From NCBI RefSeq assembly GCF_009914755.1, contig NC_060928.1: a DNA stretch of 64,000 bases; one strand, written 5' to 3'. The stretch's first letter is position 1. Every line of letters begins with the position of its first letter. This stretch comes from the human T2T-CHM13v2.0 reference genome, Homo sapiens. Made by a program: the position numbers and the translations under genes. Of the stretch, positions 28,146 to 41,903 are shown piece after piece. A model generated the notes under the pieces. It did not search any database. It was not told the DNA's origin and saw only the letters and a program-made list of their open reading frames with translations.

Positions 28146-28533
28146 GGATATTGCACAGATATGACAGCAAAGGAGCTTCTTAATCCAGATTCCTTGGGAT
28201 TTGGCAGATTTTTTATCTCCAGTTCATTGACCTGAACATGCCTAGTTATTCTTTTCATATTTGCCTATCTGATAATTCATCCTATTTTCCCCAGGGCAGA
28301 ATAAATCAAGAGGTGAGGAAGGAAAAGAGCTTACTTGGAAAATCCTTCCTCCTGAAGACCAAAGGATCAGGGAAAATGCATTCTCATCTAATATCTACCC
28401 TAACCTAACATTATTTCATCTAATATTATTTCCTGTCCATTCAATGCTAAATTTCCAAATAGCTCAGTGGGTACATGGAAATTCATTATCTACTTGATCT
28501 CTGTTTTTTAATATGTTTAAAACTTTCGATAAT

Positions 28534-28829
28534 TTTTTTTTTTTAGAAAGGGTCTTGCTTTGTCACCTAGGCTGGAGTGCAGTGGTGCAAACATGGTTCA
28601 CTGCAGCTTCAACATCTCGGGCTCAAGCCATCCTCCCACCTCAGCCTTCTGAGTAGATGTGCCTATACATGCACTCCAGCAATGGCTGGTTTTTTATTTC
28701 TTTTTTATGTATTTATTTATTTTTGTAGAGATGGGGTTTTGCCATATTGCCCAGGCTGGTCTCAAGCGATCTTCCCACCATAGCCCCCCAAAATGCTGGA
28801 ATTACAGTTATGAGCCACCACGTCTGGCC
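28534..28829 (-). mobile_element. AluJ
   Basis: Poly(T), then gggtcttgctttgtcacctaggctggagtgcagtgg...gagccaccacgtctggcc. Confidence 0.9.
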
Positions 28830-31789
28830 AACTTTCTATAAGTTTTTAAGTTTTTTACGTTTTAAAATATGAGAAGTGATATTTTGGGCAAGGTAAAGTA
28901 TTATGATCTGGGATAATGCTATATTGTTAATTCACATTTATCCACAAGGATGGATATTTATGTAGATTAAAACACTGGATTGTCTTCTACATGTGAAGTA
29001 GAAACCAGGTATCAGTGAAGGCTGTAGAGCAAAGACTCTTTTGGCCACCCTGCAGGGACCTGAGTTCCAGTTCTGGTTTAGCATAAATAGGTTATTTGGG
29101 CAAGTCACTTCTTACTGAATCTGGCTTTTTATCTGTGAAACAGGAAACTCAAGCAGATAACCTCTGAGATCCCTTCTTCTCTAACAGTGTGAAATTCCCA
29201 GTGCAGTGTAAGAACTGTGAGTTGAGATCCTGTCTTCACTTTCAAAGCTGTATGTTCAGGGCCCAGCACAGTGCCTGGCACACACAGGGGTCAATGACAT
29301 TTGTTCATTCCATGAGTCACTGAATTGCCTTTTTTAAATATGCAAACTCCTTTTCTCATAAGAACCCACCTCTTTCCCTGCAATGAAAGCAGATTCAGTT
29401 TAGAAACCAAACTGAGTCATTTCAGCTGGTTGAAGTCCGCTTGAAAAGCCAGGAAAGCGGCAGCAGGCACCACCTCTACCTGGTCAACAGCCTGCTTCAT
29501 GAAATCCCACTCACAGCCCTTCTGAGGAACCTACTGACCCCAGGATAAGGACCAAAACCTCCCGTGGCCAACAGAGCCCCGCCTGGCCCAGGCACATCCT
29601 CCCTGCAGGCTTATGCCTGCCTTTGCTCTTTCCCACTGGCCTCCACTCAGCATCATCCTCTTCCACCTCAGGGCCTTTGCATATGACATTCTCTCAGCCT
29701 GGATGTGTTTTCCTGCCCTTCTGCCAGGTTCATGCCTACCGTTTCCCCCCCTTTTAGGTCAGATGTCATTCCTTTAGGCAAGTTCTCTCTTATTTAGGCA
29801 AGTTCTTTAGGCAAGATTCAACTGGGTTGTCCGGCTAAACACTCCACAATATCCTTTATTTTTTTCCTTCAAGCATTCTCCAAAACTTATTGAGTTTATC
29901 AAATGGTATTAACTGTCCTTAATATGAAATGAATAAAAAATAACCTCATTTTTCTTCCATCATTTGTTCTAGCCAAATTCTGTTGGATCTTTCTTCCCTG
30001 CCCTTTTATGACATCTCAGGCAAATTTCTTGGCTTTCTGGTAACTTCCAGTTACATGAACAATTTTATTAGTCAATTGTGACTCATTTTCAGATATTAAA
30101 AAGACAAATCTCAATCAAATTTTCTATTTTATATCCAATACAATACTTGTCCATCTCCATGGCTGTAGTTCAGGATATGCTGTACCCTTTCACTCTTCCC
30201 CCATCTCCTGCCACTTCCTTTCACTTTCAGCTCCTCTTGAGTCAGGTCAGAGAGTAGAATAATCAGGAAAAAAGTGACTGAATTATTCTTACTTAGTAAG
30301 TGCTACTTGTATGATCCTCTCCTGGCTCCAATGTCTGCTATGCACTCCAGGTAGCCAAATGCTGGCTCTTTCGGGGTGAAGGTGTTCCTTGGTTGATAGC
30401 TTGCAGTGCTCCCCCCACCAGCCTCAGATTCTGTACTCAGTGATACACCCAGTGACTTCTTAGTGGCCTCCCCCCACTAGGAGGACTCCTTGGCTCAGGA
30501 AGTCCCATCACGATGGCCCCACTCAGCTGCCTTCCTCAGTACCATCTCCCTCTTGGGGAGTGCATATATTCTTGCCTCTCTAACAGCTGCCCCTGCACTC
30601 CTCTCCCTTCTCCACAACTCTACCTTGATGCCTCTCTTCAACCACTAATCTTTTCTGAATTTCTAGTTTTCTTTTATGTGGACTGAAAATGGCTGATGGT
30701 CACTGTCAGATCCAGCTGGATTTTAACAAGTTCTAAGTCGATGTATGAGCATTGGTTGCCTATCATTCTCTGCTTTGTGTTCTCAGCTGAAATTCCAAGT
30801 GGATGGGAATTCCCAATTCATATCCTGTTAAGCACAGTTCCGTGATTATTTCATAAATATCTCTCTTCCTCACTAGATTTTGTCTCTACAAGGTCTCTTT
30901 GTTTGCTCTCTACTGAATACCCAGACCAAGCATTCAGCATCTGACATATAGTAGCAGCTAAATAAATAAGTGATGAAGTAATAAATAAAAGAACAGGATG
31001 AGACACAAAGAAGACCAGATTTGTATCACTACAACTCCCCGGTTTGTAAGGACAAGCAGATAAGGCATCATTTGAGCAAGAGTAGATAAGGCAAAGATTC
31101 CTAGAGCCTGGCTGCCCATTGGAATCACCCATAGAGCTTTTAAAAAATATTAATGCCTAACTTAATCTACTGATATGCTCATTCAGTAGATCTAGTTAAG
31201 AGCCAGTGAGCTAAAGTGCATGGCAGATCCAAATTACGTGCTAGAAGGGTTCAGGAGAAGACAGGGTTGTGCCTGCTTGAGAATATCAGGGAGACTTTCT
31301 GTAGAAAGTGATGCATACAGAAGATAAATGTGAACAGATGGAGAAAGAGGCATAGGGGAGACATGGTTGGTAATGGCTTGCAGCTACTGGAGATGATATA
31401 AGCAAGGCACTGAGGTTACAAAGAGAAGATTCAATTCCTAACAGAACCCAGGGCACCCATGGAGAGGAGGAGGAAGAAACAGAGGGTATGCAACTGCAAG
31501 TTGTTTGGATGCAAAAACATGGTCTTTTAAAGTTAGCAACAACCTAGGGAGGAAATATGGTAAGTGGTTAGGTGTGTCAATTGTGGATCAGACTGTCTAA
31601 ATTACTCATCTGTAGAAGGAGGATAATACAATTACTCACCTCAAGAGGTTATGATGAGGATTAAAGAAAGTGATGCTTGTCATGTCTTAGCACGTTGTAC
31701 ATGCTCATTACATATCAGCTAGAACCTTCTTTTTAAAATACTTCTACCACCTAGAAAAATGGTGTGTGAGTGTGTGTGTATGTATGTGT

Positions 31790-31995
31790 GTAGTGATGAG
31801 CAGAGCTGGCTTATACCTGCCAGCAAGTGCGAATTCTACAATTCTACATTCTATAACTTTCCAACTCTGCATTCAGTGAAGGTCAGATTGTTAGCTTGAA
31901 ATTGACCATGGCGGGGGTATTCACTCCAAGAAAACTAACAAAAGCTACAAATCTGAACCTTCTTTTTGAGAGCTAGGTTAGCGGCAAACTGTTAG
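31790..31995. mobile_element. MER63-like DNA transposon relic
   Basis: ccaactctgcattcagtga...tagcttgaaattgaccatggcgggggtatt...gctacaaatc. Confidence 0.6.
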
Positions 31996-33750
31996 GTGCT
32001 CTGGGAACACTGAAGGGATTGGAATGGAATGGAATGAATTCAGTTGAAAAGTAAATAAAGGATATGGGGTAAAAAAGAGCACAAGTTGAGAAAGGAAGAT
32101 TATCTGCCTAGGAAAGACAAAATAAGACCCCGTCCTTGGGGTGAGTGGCAGGTAAAAATGGAATCTGACTTTTACTCTGAGCCAATACTTCCTTAAGCAT
32201 ATTTTTCTACCCATCACTTCACCACTGCTTCTAAGTGTGAAAATAACTGAGTGAAATAGACACTGACAAGCTTTATCAACATCTGAGGTTCTGAACACTC
32301 TCAGAGACATTTTCAAAGGTTCATTCTCTCTGGGAAAAAGAATGAGTTCAGAAAGACACAGATTACAATAAATTATCTGGGATGAAAATAATAAAGAAGA
32401 AAAAGAAGAAATCCAATTTTTATTGAAGAACAGAAAAAATACTGTAATACTTTAATGATACAAAAAACCTTATTTTATGCGGTAAGTAACATTAAAGAGA
32501 AATTAGAGAAGTTGTGAATGACACAGAAAAGAAAATATGAATATCCACAAATTGTATCAACACTTTAAGGCAGAAAAATAAGAATGCATCTATTCTTTTA
32601 TTGGTCTACAAATTCATCCACTTCTGAGCTCCCTGGCAGAGACTGGGCTACTCCAAAGCAGACATAATGGAAAAAGCCCACTTAAGAAGTTATCACTTAT
32701 AAACAAATAAATGAACATATTAAAAGGCTGTATCACCTGAAATTAAGCTTGTAAATGGGTGACATCAGACACCATCATTTGGTTCGAGAATATTAAGAAC
32801 TATGAGAAACCCTGGAAATAATCAAGGACAACCATCTTATTTTGAAAGTGAGAAAACAGACACAGAGACTTTATCTGATTAAAATCTGACTCTAATTTAG
32901 CAATAAGTTACGACTAGCTTCTATGCTCAAGACATTGTTTTGACCATCCTATGATGGCATTAAGATTTTGGAAAGCCAACAAATTCAAAGGACCATTTCC
33001 TCCAGTGTGGAGAGTGGATCCCAAAGGCAAAATTAAGCTGGTCAGAACGGGGAGCCCAGCAATCTCGTTGGTCAAGTGTGTGGTCAACATCCACTTCACT
33101 AACTCTGGAAACATTCCTTTCAATTAGAGTTCTCATTGCTTGAGAAGAATGAGAGGAAAAGAAAGATAAAAACAAGATTTTTTTCAGTCGTCTAATTTCC
33201 ATAAATGACATCATAAATTATATATTGCTGTTGCCAAGGAAATATAAGAAATACATAGCAGAAGGAAACAAAGAAATTGATTGCACCATAGACGACTAGT
33301 CATATGCTTTGGAGAATCATTCTGCCTTTTGAGATGTTATGATCAGTTCTTTACAGGCACAAAGACATATTAGTTTTCTAAAAATACCCAATCATTTATC
33401 CATTCAGCAAAGAACAAAGAAAACAAAATCAGTGCAATTCTCATAACCCTCTTTCTTTGCACAGCACATAGAATGAGGGGCTATTTTCCTGCCATATTTA
33501 CCAAGAATAGGGACAGTGTTCATTATTCCACAAGACACCATCCTAGGTCCAGAATCTAAAGGCTCTACCTCCAAAACTCTCAAATATAAAATGGCTTTTT
33601 TCTCTAAGTTAACAACTAATTTCCAGTCAGTGAGTAATTTTTTTCCTGAAACATTCACTCAGTGGAAAACAAACGAAGAGGGAAAAAATTAAGTAAACAA
33701 ATCTGAAAAAGAGGCCACAACACACAGAGATGGAGAAGCTCTAAACTTAC

Positions 33751-33830
33751 CACTGAAGGAAAGCAGGCACTTAAAGTTTATCCCAAACAAAACTGTAATT
33801 TTAACTGGTCCCCGAGTTGAGCCTCACTCG
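33751..33830 (-). ncRNA. Candidate first exon of a divergent antisense lncRNA (C1QTNF7-AS1-like); 5' end approximate
   Basis: Minus-strand consensus donor GTG|GTAAGT (plus strand aaacttac|cac, 33745-33753) lies ~180 bp from the sense first exon. An antisense lncRNA at this locus is recalled. Confidence 0.45.
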
Positions 33831-33877
33831 ATGAATGACTTCCAGGGCCTTTGGCTCTTTGGGACTAAACGAGAAAA

Positions 33878-33887
33878 TTATTTTTAG
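33878..33887. promoter_or_regulatory. MEF2 consensus site in the putative bidirectional promoter
   Basis: TTATTTTTAG matches YTA(W)4TAR. Confidence 0.4.
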
Positions 33888-33929
33888 CACAACTATTTGG
33901 AAATCTTTGAGAATTTGGATCTGTTATTC

Positions 33930-34028
33930 TGTCTGGTACCAAAGCAAGTTTTTCACTGAGCTCTCATGAAAGATCCTCAGTCTCTTGTGGATTTAGAATC
34001 CTGCAGCAGCCCACCATCTAAGAGCAAG
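33930..34028 (+). other. C1QTNF7: Probable non-coding first exon (5' UTR) of the short C1QTNF7 isoform; 5' boundary approximate
   Basis: Unique sequence ending in donor AAG|gtatgg at 34028/34029. The junction ...ctaagagcaag|agccaaagATG matches my recollection of the mRNA (not verified). Confidence 0.7.
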
Positions 34029-35119
34029 GTATGGTGTTTACTCTTTTTTTTAGAATTTTGGCAAATGTAGATGCAATGGCCTGTTCTCGTGACGGGAGCT
34101 TTTTAGCTTATTAAACAGATGGCTCTGTAGGAAGAATCCATAAAACTGAAGACCTAGCTTCAAGTCTCTGGACTGACACTAGCTTTCTAACCATAGACAA
34201 GTTGCGGGACTTCTCAGGACCTTGGTTCCCCATCTAACCTACCACAAGATGGTTTTGGGGAGGATGATATGGGCTTAGCATTGCTCTCTAGGATATAAAA
34301 TGTTTTGCAAATGTCAGGGTTTTTTTTAATCACTGTGCCATAAAGTAGTCAAAACTTTATCAATAATGAACTGTTGACAATAATAAATATTGATGAATTT
34401 TTTTTTCTTCATTGAGCCTCTACTGTAGACTAGTCTCTGTCCTAGAGTTTGCATTTTAGTGGGGAAACAAGCAAGTCAATAGATAGCCATAACACAGTGC
34501 AATTGTGTGGCCTTGCAGGGACTTGAGTAGTGCCAGGAGGAGAAGGAGGTTAATTCATGGCAAACAGGAAAAGCAGTTCTGCAGAGGAAAATTGGAGCCC
34601 CCAAAAGCAAAGAACTGGTGAACAACAACATAAAAGGAACTGAGGCATGAGCAGCTCAGGTCTCCATCCTGTCCCAATCACAGTGCCACTCCCAGTGCAA
34701 CAAGAGAAACACAGAGCTTGCTGTTGTGAAATCTCCACCTCTGCAGGCCAAGAAAATGTCCCGTTTTGGCTTTTCCTGGTTACCTATTCTCTTCTTAATG
34801 ATTTCCAGGCAAAGCACATTTTCAACTTGAATTAATTATCAAGTCCAGCCCTTTGTCATGAAGTAATATGTTATAGTTTCCCTCACATGATGTAGGGACA
34901 AACTCAAGTGTTTGAAGACAAAATAACTCAGTACAAATTCTGGCTGCACCATTTCATGCCTGTGTGGACTTGAGCCCACAGAGTATCAATGTTCTTACTT
35001 ATAAAGTGAAGGTAATAGCACTTACTTCATAACAAGTGGTGTGAGGATAAAGTAAAAGATGTCCTTAAAACACCTGGCACAGAAATAAGAATACTGGGCT
35101 CTCCCTGCATTCCAATTCA

Positions 35120-35817
35120 TTTTTATTCAGTTTTTTTAATTATGGTAAAATATACATATCATAAAATTTACCATTTCAACCATTCTTATGTGTACGGTTC
35201 TGCAGCATTAAATACATTCATTTTGTTATGCAGTATCATCACCATCTCTCCAGGACTTCTTCGTCTTCCCAAACTGAAACTCTCTATACCCATGAAACCA
35301 TAAATTCCCATTCCCCTCTTCCCTTCTTCCTCCAACAGTGAGTATTCTACTTTCAGTCTTGATGAATGTGACTACTCTAGGAACTTTGTGTAAGAGGAAT
35401 CACACAATATTTGTCCTTTTGTGACTGGCTTATTTCACATAATATACTGTCTTCAGGGTTCCTCATGTTGTAGCATGTGTCAGTATCTCCTTTCCTTTTA
35501 AGGCTGAAGAAGATTCCATTGTACGTGTAGACCAGGTTTTGTTTATCCATTCACCTTTCCATGGACACTTGGGTTGCTTCCACCTTTTGCCTATTGTGAA
35601 TAACGCTGCAGATATGGCTATGCAAATATCTGTTTGAGTCCTTGCTGCTACGAACATGCATGTGCAAATATTTGTTTGAGTCCCTGATTTTACTTCTTTT
35701 GGATATATGCCCCAAAGTGGAATTGCCATATCATATGGTAATTCTCTTTAATTTTTTTGAGGAATCACTATCCTGTTTTCCACAGGCGCTGCACCATTTT
35801 ACATTCCCACCACCAAC
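35120..35817 (-). mobile_element. L1MB 3' fragment
   Basis: tttgtgactggcttatttcac...ggacacttgggttgcttccacc...catttacattcccaccacca. Confidence 0.85.
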
Positions 35818-36224
35818 ATATTTTATTTTTCCAAGAAAAAAATATACTTGGAGTCTACTTACACTGGGGAAAAAATAATATGCTATTTACAAAGGGATCT
35901 CAATCTATGAACATGTTTTCCAGGATTTCAATCTTTGTACTGAGTTAATCAGTATTTCTCCAAGTATTTTCCATGGCTAGTTTAGCGAGAACAAAGGGCT
36001 CCATGACTAAATAAATTCACAAAATACTATATACAACATTTCTGCCTCAAATATAAGCACATGAACATGGAGCCTCTTGAATCTAAACTAACACAAATTA
36101 AATTTTTTAAATGTATTTTAAAAACAAAAACCTGTTACTTTGTAATCCCTACAGAAAAATAGGATGGAGGATTATTTATAATTAGCATCCAGGACAGACA
36201 TGTTCAAGATTAACAGTATTTCCA

Positions 36225-36400
36225 GGTTGGGCGTGGCAGCTCACTCTTGAAACCCCAGCACTTTGGGAGGGCGAGGTGGGCAGATCGCTTGAGTTTAGGA
36301 GTTCAAGACCAACCTGGGTAACTTGGTGAAACCTCATCTCTCTAAAAAATACAAAAGTTAGCCAGGTGTGGTGGCACACACTTGTAGTCCCAGCTACTCA
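36225..36400 (+). mobile_element. 3'-truncated Alu
   Basis: ggttgggcgtggcagctcac...tgtagtcccagctactc. Confidence 0.9.
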
Positions 36401-36962
36401 TGAATTCAATTCAATGTTTTAAAGCATATTGTATGTGGAGTGACAGCTAAGGGGTACAGGTTTCTTTTTGGAGTTTTAAAATAGTCTTTAATTGGATTGT
36501 GATGTACATTAAGTTGTACACTTTGGTAAATTTTATGGTGTGCAAATTATATCCTTATAAAGCTGTTAAAAATTATTGTAATGTTTATGAAATTGTGACC
36601 TACGTGATTTATTCCCAGTCAAAATAATCAAGTTCACTGCAAGGCAGTGGGGGAGTGGGTAAAGAGTGGATTATTCAATAAAAGGAGTTGAAAATATAAA
36701 GTTATATCCCTACCTCACACTTTTTATCAGAAACATTCTGATGGAACAAATTTTTAAATGTGAAAAAATGAAACAAAAAAATTGAAAGAAAAGCACAAGG
36801 ATTCTTTTCAGGACCTTAAAGTGGTGAAGGCCTTCTAAACCCAATAAATTGAACCTCAAAAAATATTTTCATGGTAAAAATATTTTAAAATACATGAGGA
36901 AAGACAAAGGACAAACTGGGGGAAATTATTTGCTGCTCATGTCATAAGCCATTTGTAGATTA

Positions 36963-36974
36963 AGATAGATAGAT

Positions 36975-37029
<55 letters not shown>
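36963..37029. repeat. (GATA)n tetranucleotide STR
   Basis: Long near-perfect GATA run. Confidence 0.97.
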
Positions 37030-38199
37030 TCATTGCACCATTGCTTATAACAGCAAAAGAAAGAAAATAGTCCAAATACCCATCATAGGAAACTGGTTAA
37101 ATATTACAAACACATCTATATGATGGATTTTTTTAGCCACTAAATAAAAAAGGACAAGACAGCTCTACACATATAGGTGTCAATACAGAAGCTATAAATA
37201 CTCATATGGAAACTAAGTGAAAAGGCAACGTACAGAACATTGTATATGGGATGCCAACATGGGGAAGGAGGACACTCAAGAAACTCGCACAGGTGATCAG
37301 CTCTAGGGAGGGAACCTGGGTATCCAGAAGACTCAAAGGGAGGTGAAGAAATTGACTTATCGTTGCATACTCTTTTTTCTTTTGAATTTTATGAAATGTA
37401 CATGTATTCCCTATATAAAAAATTAATTTTAAAATATTTTTAAACACCCTAGACTATGTCAAATTAAAACAACTCAAGTTTTGTATTTGTATTTCTCAAA
37501 CACTGCAAAAAGGACACATAGGCTCCAGGGAGATTTCTTCAAACCCCACCTCCCTCTTTCTTGTGTAATATTCTCATATTTCATAATTTCTCACCAGTTT
37601 TTTTCCCCCACAAAGCTCAAACCTCCCCACAAAATTCTCCTCTTTCTCCAGCCATGTTTTTTGGGTTAAGCCCTGCTGTAAGTGGTTGGACACATCAATG
37701 ACTTCAACAAAGATCCCTGCCCTCATGTAGCTTACATTCTATCAGGAAAAATATAGATATAAAATAAAGATAGGAATTAGCTACTGAGTTAGAAGTGAAA
37801 AGTACAATAAAGAATAGAAAAAATGTAGAGCAGATAAAAGGAAGGTCATGGGCAGAAGAAGGCAGATTGCAGTGTTAAGCACGGTGATAAGGGTTGAACT
37901 TAGTGACAAGATGCCATTTGAGCAACGATGTGAAGAGGGAGATGAAGAAGTAGCTATATAGACATCTTGGTGAAGAGGGATTTAGACAATGCGAAGAGAC
38001 ACGTGAGACCCTAAGGCAGGGCACACCTAGTGTCTTTGAGGAGCACCAAGGAATCCAGTGTGACTGGAGCTGACAATGTGAGGAGAATAGAAGATGAAGT
38101 CAGGGAAATAAGGAGGGCCTTGTAGACCATCGCACCATGTAACATGAAGCTTTGGGCCCTTAGGTGCAATGAAGAACCAAACAGCGTGATCCCACTGTG

Positions 38200-38950
<751 letters not shown>

Positions 38951-39107
38951 GCTTTCACACCTGCATCACCATGTCTGAGAAGCCACTGTCCAAATCAACT
39001 TCTCTGCAGTTGCTTTCAGGTCCCTCCTGAAAGCAACTCTGGCCTCAGCCTATAGCCTTGCACCCCATGTCTAGTTAAAAGCCTCATTATGACTATCTTC
39101 TATGAAC

Positions 39108-39239
39108 CTTTATTTTTTTGGTAGAGATGGGGTCTTGCTATGTTGCCCAGGCTCCTCTCAAATTCCTGGGCTCAAGTAATCCTTCCACCTCAGCCTCCCA
39201 ATACACTGGGATTACAGACGTGAGCCACCACACCCAGCC
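39108..39239 (-). mobile_element. FLAM
   Basis: gtagagatggggtcttgctatgttgcccaggct...gagccaccacacccagcc. Confidence 0.9.
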
Positions 39240-41665
39240 TTTTTTTTCTGGGGAGGGGGGTGACTTTATTGCTGTCCTGCTCCATCACCACAGCAAAATG
39301 GGCCCTGCACGCTCCAGGCCTGCATCATGTATCACCACAGCAAAAACATGACCTACTTGAACACGTTCCCTCCCAGGATATGTATTAAAATTCTTTAAAG
39401 AAAACAGAATAGATTAATAACTTAAGTGATTAGGCACCAACAGCAATTTGAAAAATTAAATGTCCATTTTAAATGGTAACAAGACAAGAACTTAAGATTG
39501 GGTTTACTCTAGCCCATCTTCTCTTCCTGTCAAATAGCAACAATTCTGTGGGAAATGATTCTAAATTTCAAGACACAAGTAGCAGACAAATAAGTGAGAA
39601 CACATATCACCAGAAATCACAGGACAGCCTGAATCTCCAGGCGGCCTCCTCGGCAGGTAGCCCATCGTGATTCCAGGCCCCAAAGAGCTTGGCAAGTCCC
39701 AGAAAGGTGGCCCCCTGAGGAAGGGCTTTAAAGCTCCTGAGATCAGACTTGCTTCCCCCACATTTTAAAGATGAAGTCCCAGACAGGGCCACTTTCTCAT
39801 TCCTTCTCAAAGCCTCCTCTAATCAGCCTTTCACAACGGAGAGAGAACTGCTAATTTAATCAATGCATCTTGTTCTTACTGTGGCAGGGGGTGTGAACAG
39901 AATGTTCTTTCCATATATTTTTTTTTCATCTGAAGCTCCTTTGGAAGGCCTGTATTGAATGCACTGGGCTTGTCAGAAAGTGCCTTAATTCCAGTTGAGC
40001 AATAGAATCAATAATTTTGGATTTGTGCTGTATGACAAGGGCATACAAAAATGTCTACCAGACAGGGCATGGCAAAAATGTTCTCCTTGCTTTTTTTTTT
40101 TCAACTAGTAACACCAAGATTTAGTCAAAGTTACAGAGCCTGAGTTCGGATAAGTTGCTTTGGTTTTTCACTAATAAGATTTCTAGGAATCAGCTTACTT
40201 CAAAATCACATGTGCACACTGTGTTTTTCTTAGTTTGTCATTCCTACGCTCTGGCAATTTTCTGGGTCTAATTCCAAGATGTTGCAATTTCCCCATGGGT
40301 ACCACAAAAGTGGTGATGTGTGCCTGGTCAATTTTCTCACATGGCTGTCAAAAAACAAAAGAAATTTCATCTGATTGCTTTCCCCACATTTTGTGATGAT
40401 TTCCTTTGGGAGAGTATACACCAGGTCAAGCACTATATAGATTTCTTGTTAAAGCATGGGTCCAACCATCCAAACACAACTCATTTGCATGACCCCAGAA
40501 CCACCTGTATATGTTCTTCCCTTTAAAAAACTGCTAATACTAAGGACCATTTAGCCTAAAAAATCAGGTATCTCCAATCTATACCACTCTCCATCTCACC
40601 TTCAGCCTATATGCCAAAGTGCCATACTAATAAATGACTCATCATTCTGAGCTTCTAGGCTTTATGGGGGAGTCCTATTAGATCAGAATTGAAGAGACCT
40701 GCTGCCTGCTTCACTTGGGGCACAGGCACCATGCGTGGCTTAATTTCACACAGCTCTTTAATTGAGCCCCAGTGCTAACAGCTTAATGGGACACCACGAC
40801 ATTATATCCTGCAGATTTTAAATTAAAGTTTGAGACCTCCCCTCAGGACATGCACAGTACCCCAATTAACACTAATTGGCATTATACATGATTACCAAGT
40901 GAAAACCATGGTTTTCCTGAAAATGCCTCCTCTTTTCTCCAGCTTTAAATAGTCCATAAATTCTAAGAAAACAATCATGGGTGCATGCAAAGATTAGCTA
41001 GAATGATGTCTAGCATGATGTTCATATTGGGAGAACTTTGGAAGCAACCTAAATATCTATAATGGGGGTTCTGTACATAAAAGATAGTAGAGACAAAAGC
41101 AATTATTTTTTAATGTCACACATAATTTTGACATGAGAAGGTGTTCATGATACATTGTCAAGTGAAAGAAGTTAAGGAAGTGTAGAAATGGCATGGTATC
41201 ACTTTCTCCATAGTATAGACAAAAGAGACTGGAAGGATATATATACTAAAATGTAAATCTCAAGGTGGTAAAAATAATGTTGATGTTTATCTTTTTCATT
41301 TCCAGGTCTAAATTTTTTTCTTTAAAAAATGCACTATGTTTGTAAAAAGAAAATGCCATTTTTAAATCCATCATTGATTTCTGAAGAATAAATGCAGTGA
41401 TTTATTTTGAAATGTTTTTAACCAATTCTTCATCTGCACCAACTCCCGTGTAGGGCACTGAGGATTCTATATCAATAATGTGTTGATAATTTTCAATGGA
41501 ATTATGAAGGTAAACAGTGTTTTACATGTCTGGAAAGACGAACACTGGAGTGATTTGTTGCAAATGCACATTCTCTTGTTCAAACTGATTCAATCATGCC
41601 AAACCACACCCCTCCCAACACAGAAAGTTCATTTACGTCTGTGTGTTTCTCTTCCAGAGCCAAAG

Positions 41666-41903
41666 ATGTTTGTCTTGCTCTATGTTACAAGTTTTGCCAT
41701 TTGTGCCAGTGGACAACCCCGGGGTAATCAGTTGAAAGGAGAGAACTACTCCCCCAGGTATATCTGCAGCATTCCTGGCTTGCCTGGACCTCCAGGGCCC
41801 CCTGGAGCAAATGGTTCCCCTGGGCCCCATGGTCGCATCGGCCTTCCAGGAAGAGATGGTAGAGACGGCAGGAAAGGAGAGAAAGGTGAAAAGGGAACTG
41901 CAG
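41666..41903 (+). CDS. C1QTNF7: C1q/TNF-related protein 7, first coding exon (signal peptide and start of collagen domain); exon spans 41658-41903
   Basis: Encodes [50 protein letters not shown]...GEKGTA. Acceptor tttctcttccag|AGCCAAAGATG, donor GCAG|gtaatg. 238 coding nt, phase-1 intron. Confidence 0.97.

Noticed and set aside
41480-41665. In-frame N-terminal extension of the exon 2 ORF
   Set aside because: Lies upstream of a clear splice acceptor at 41657, starts at a non-ATG codon, and is intronic.
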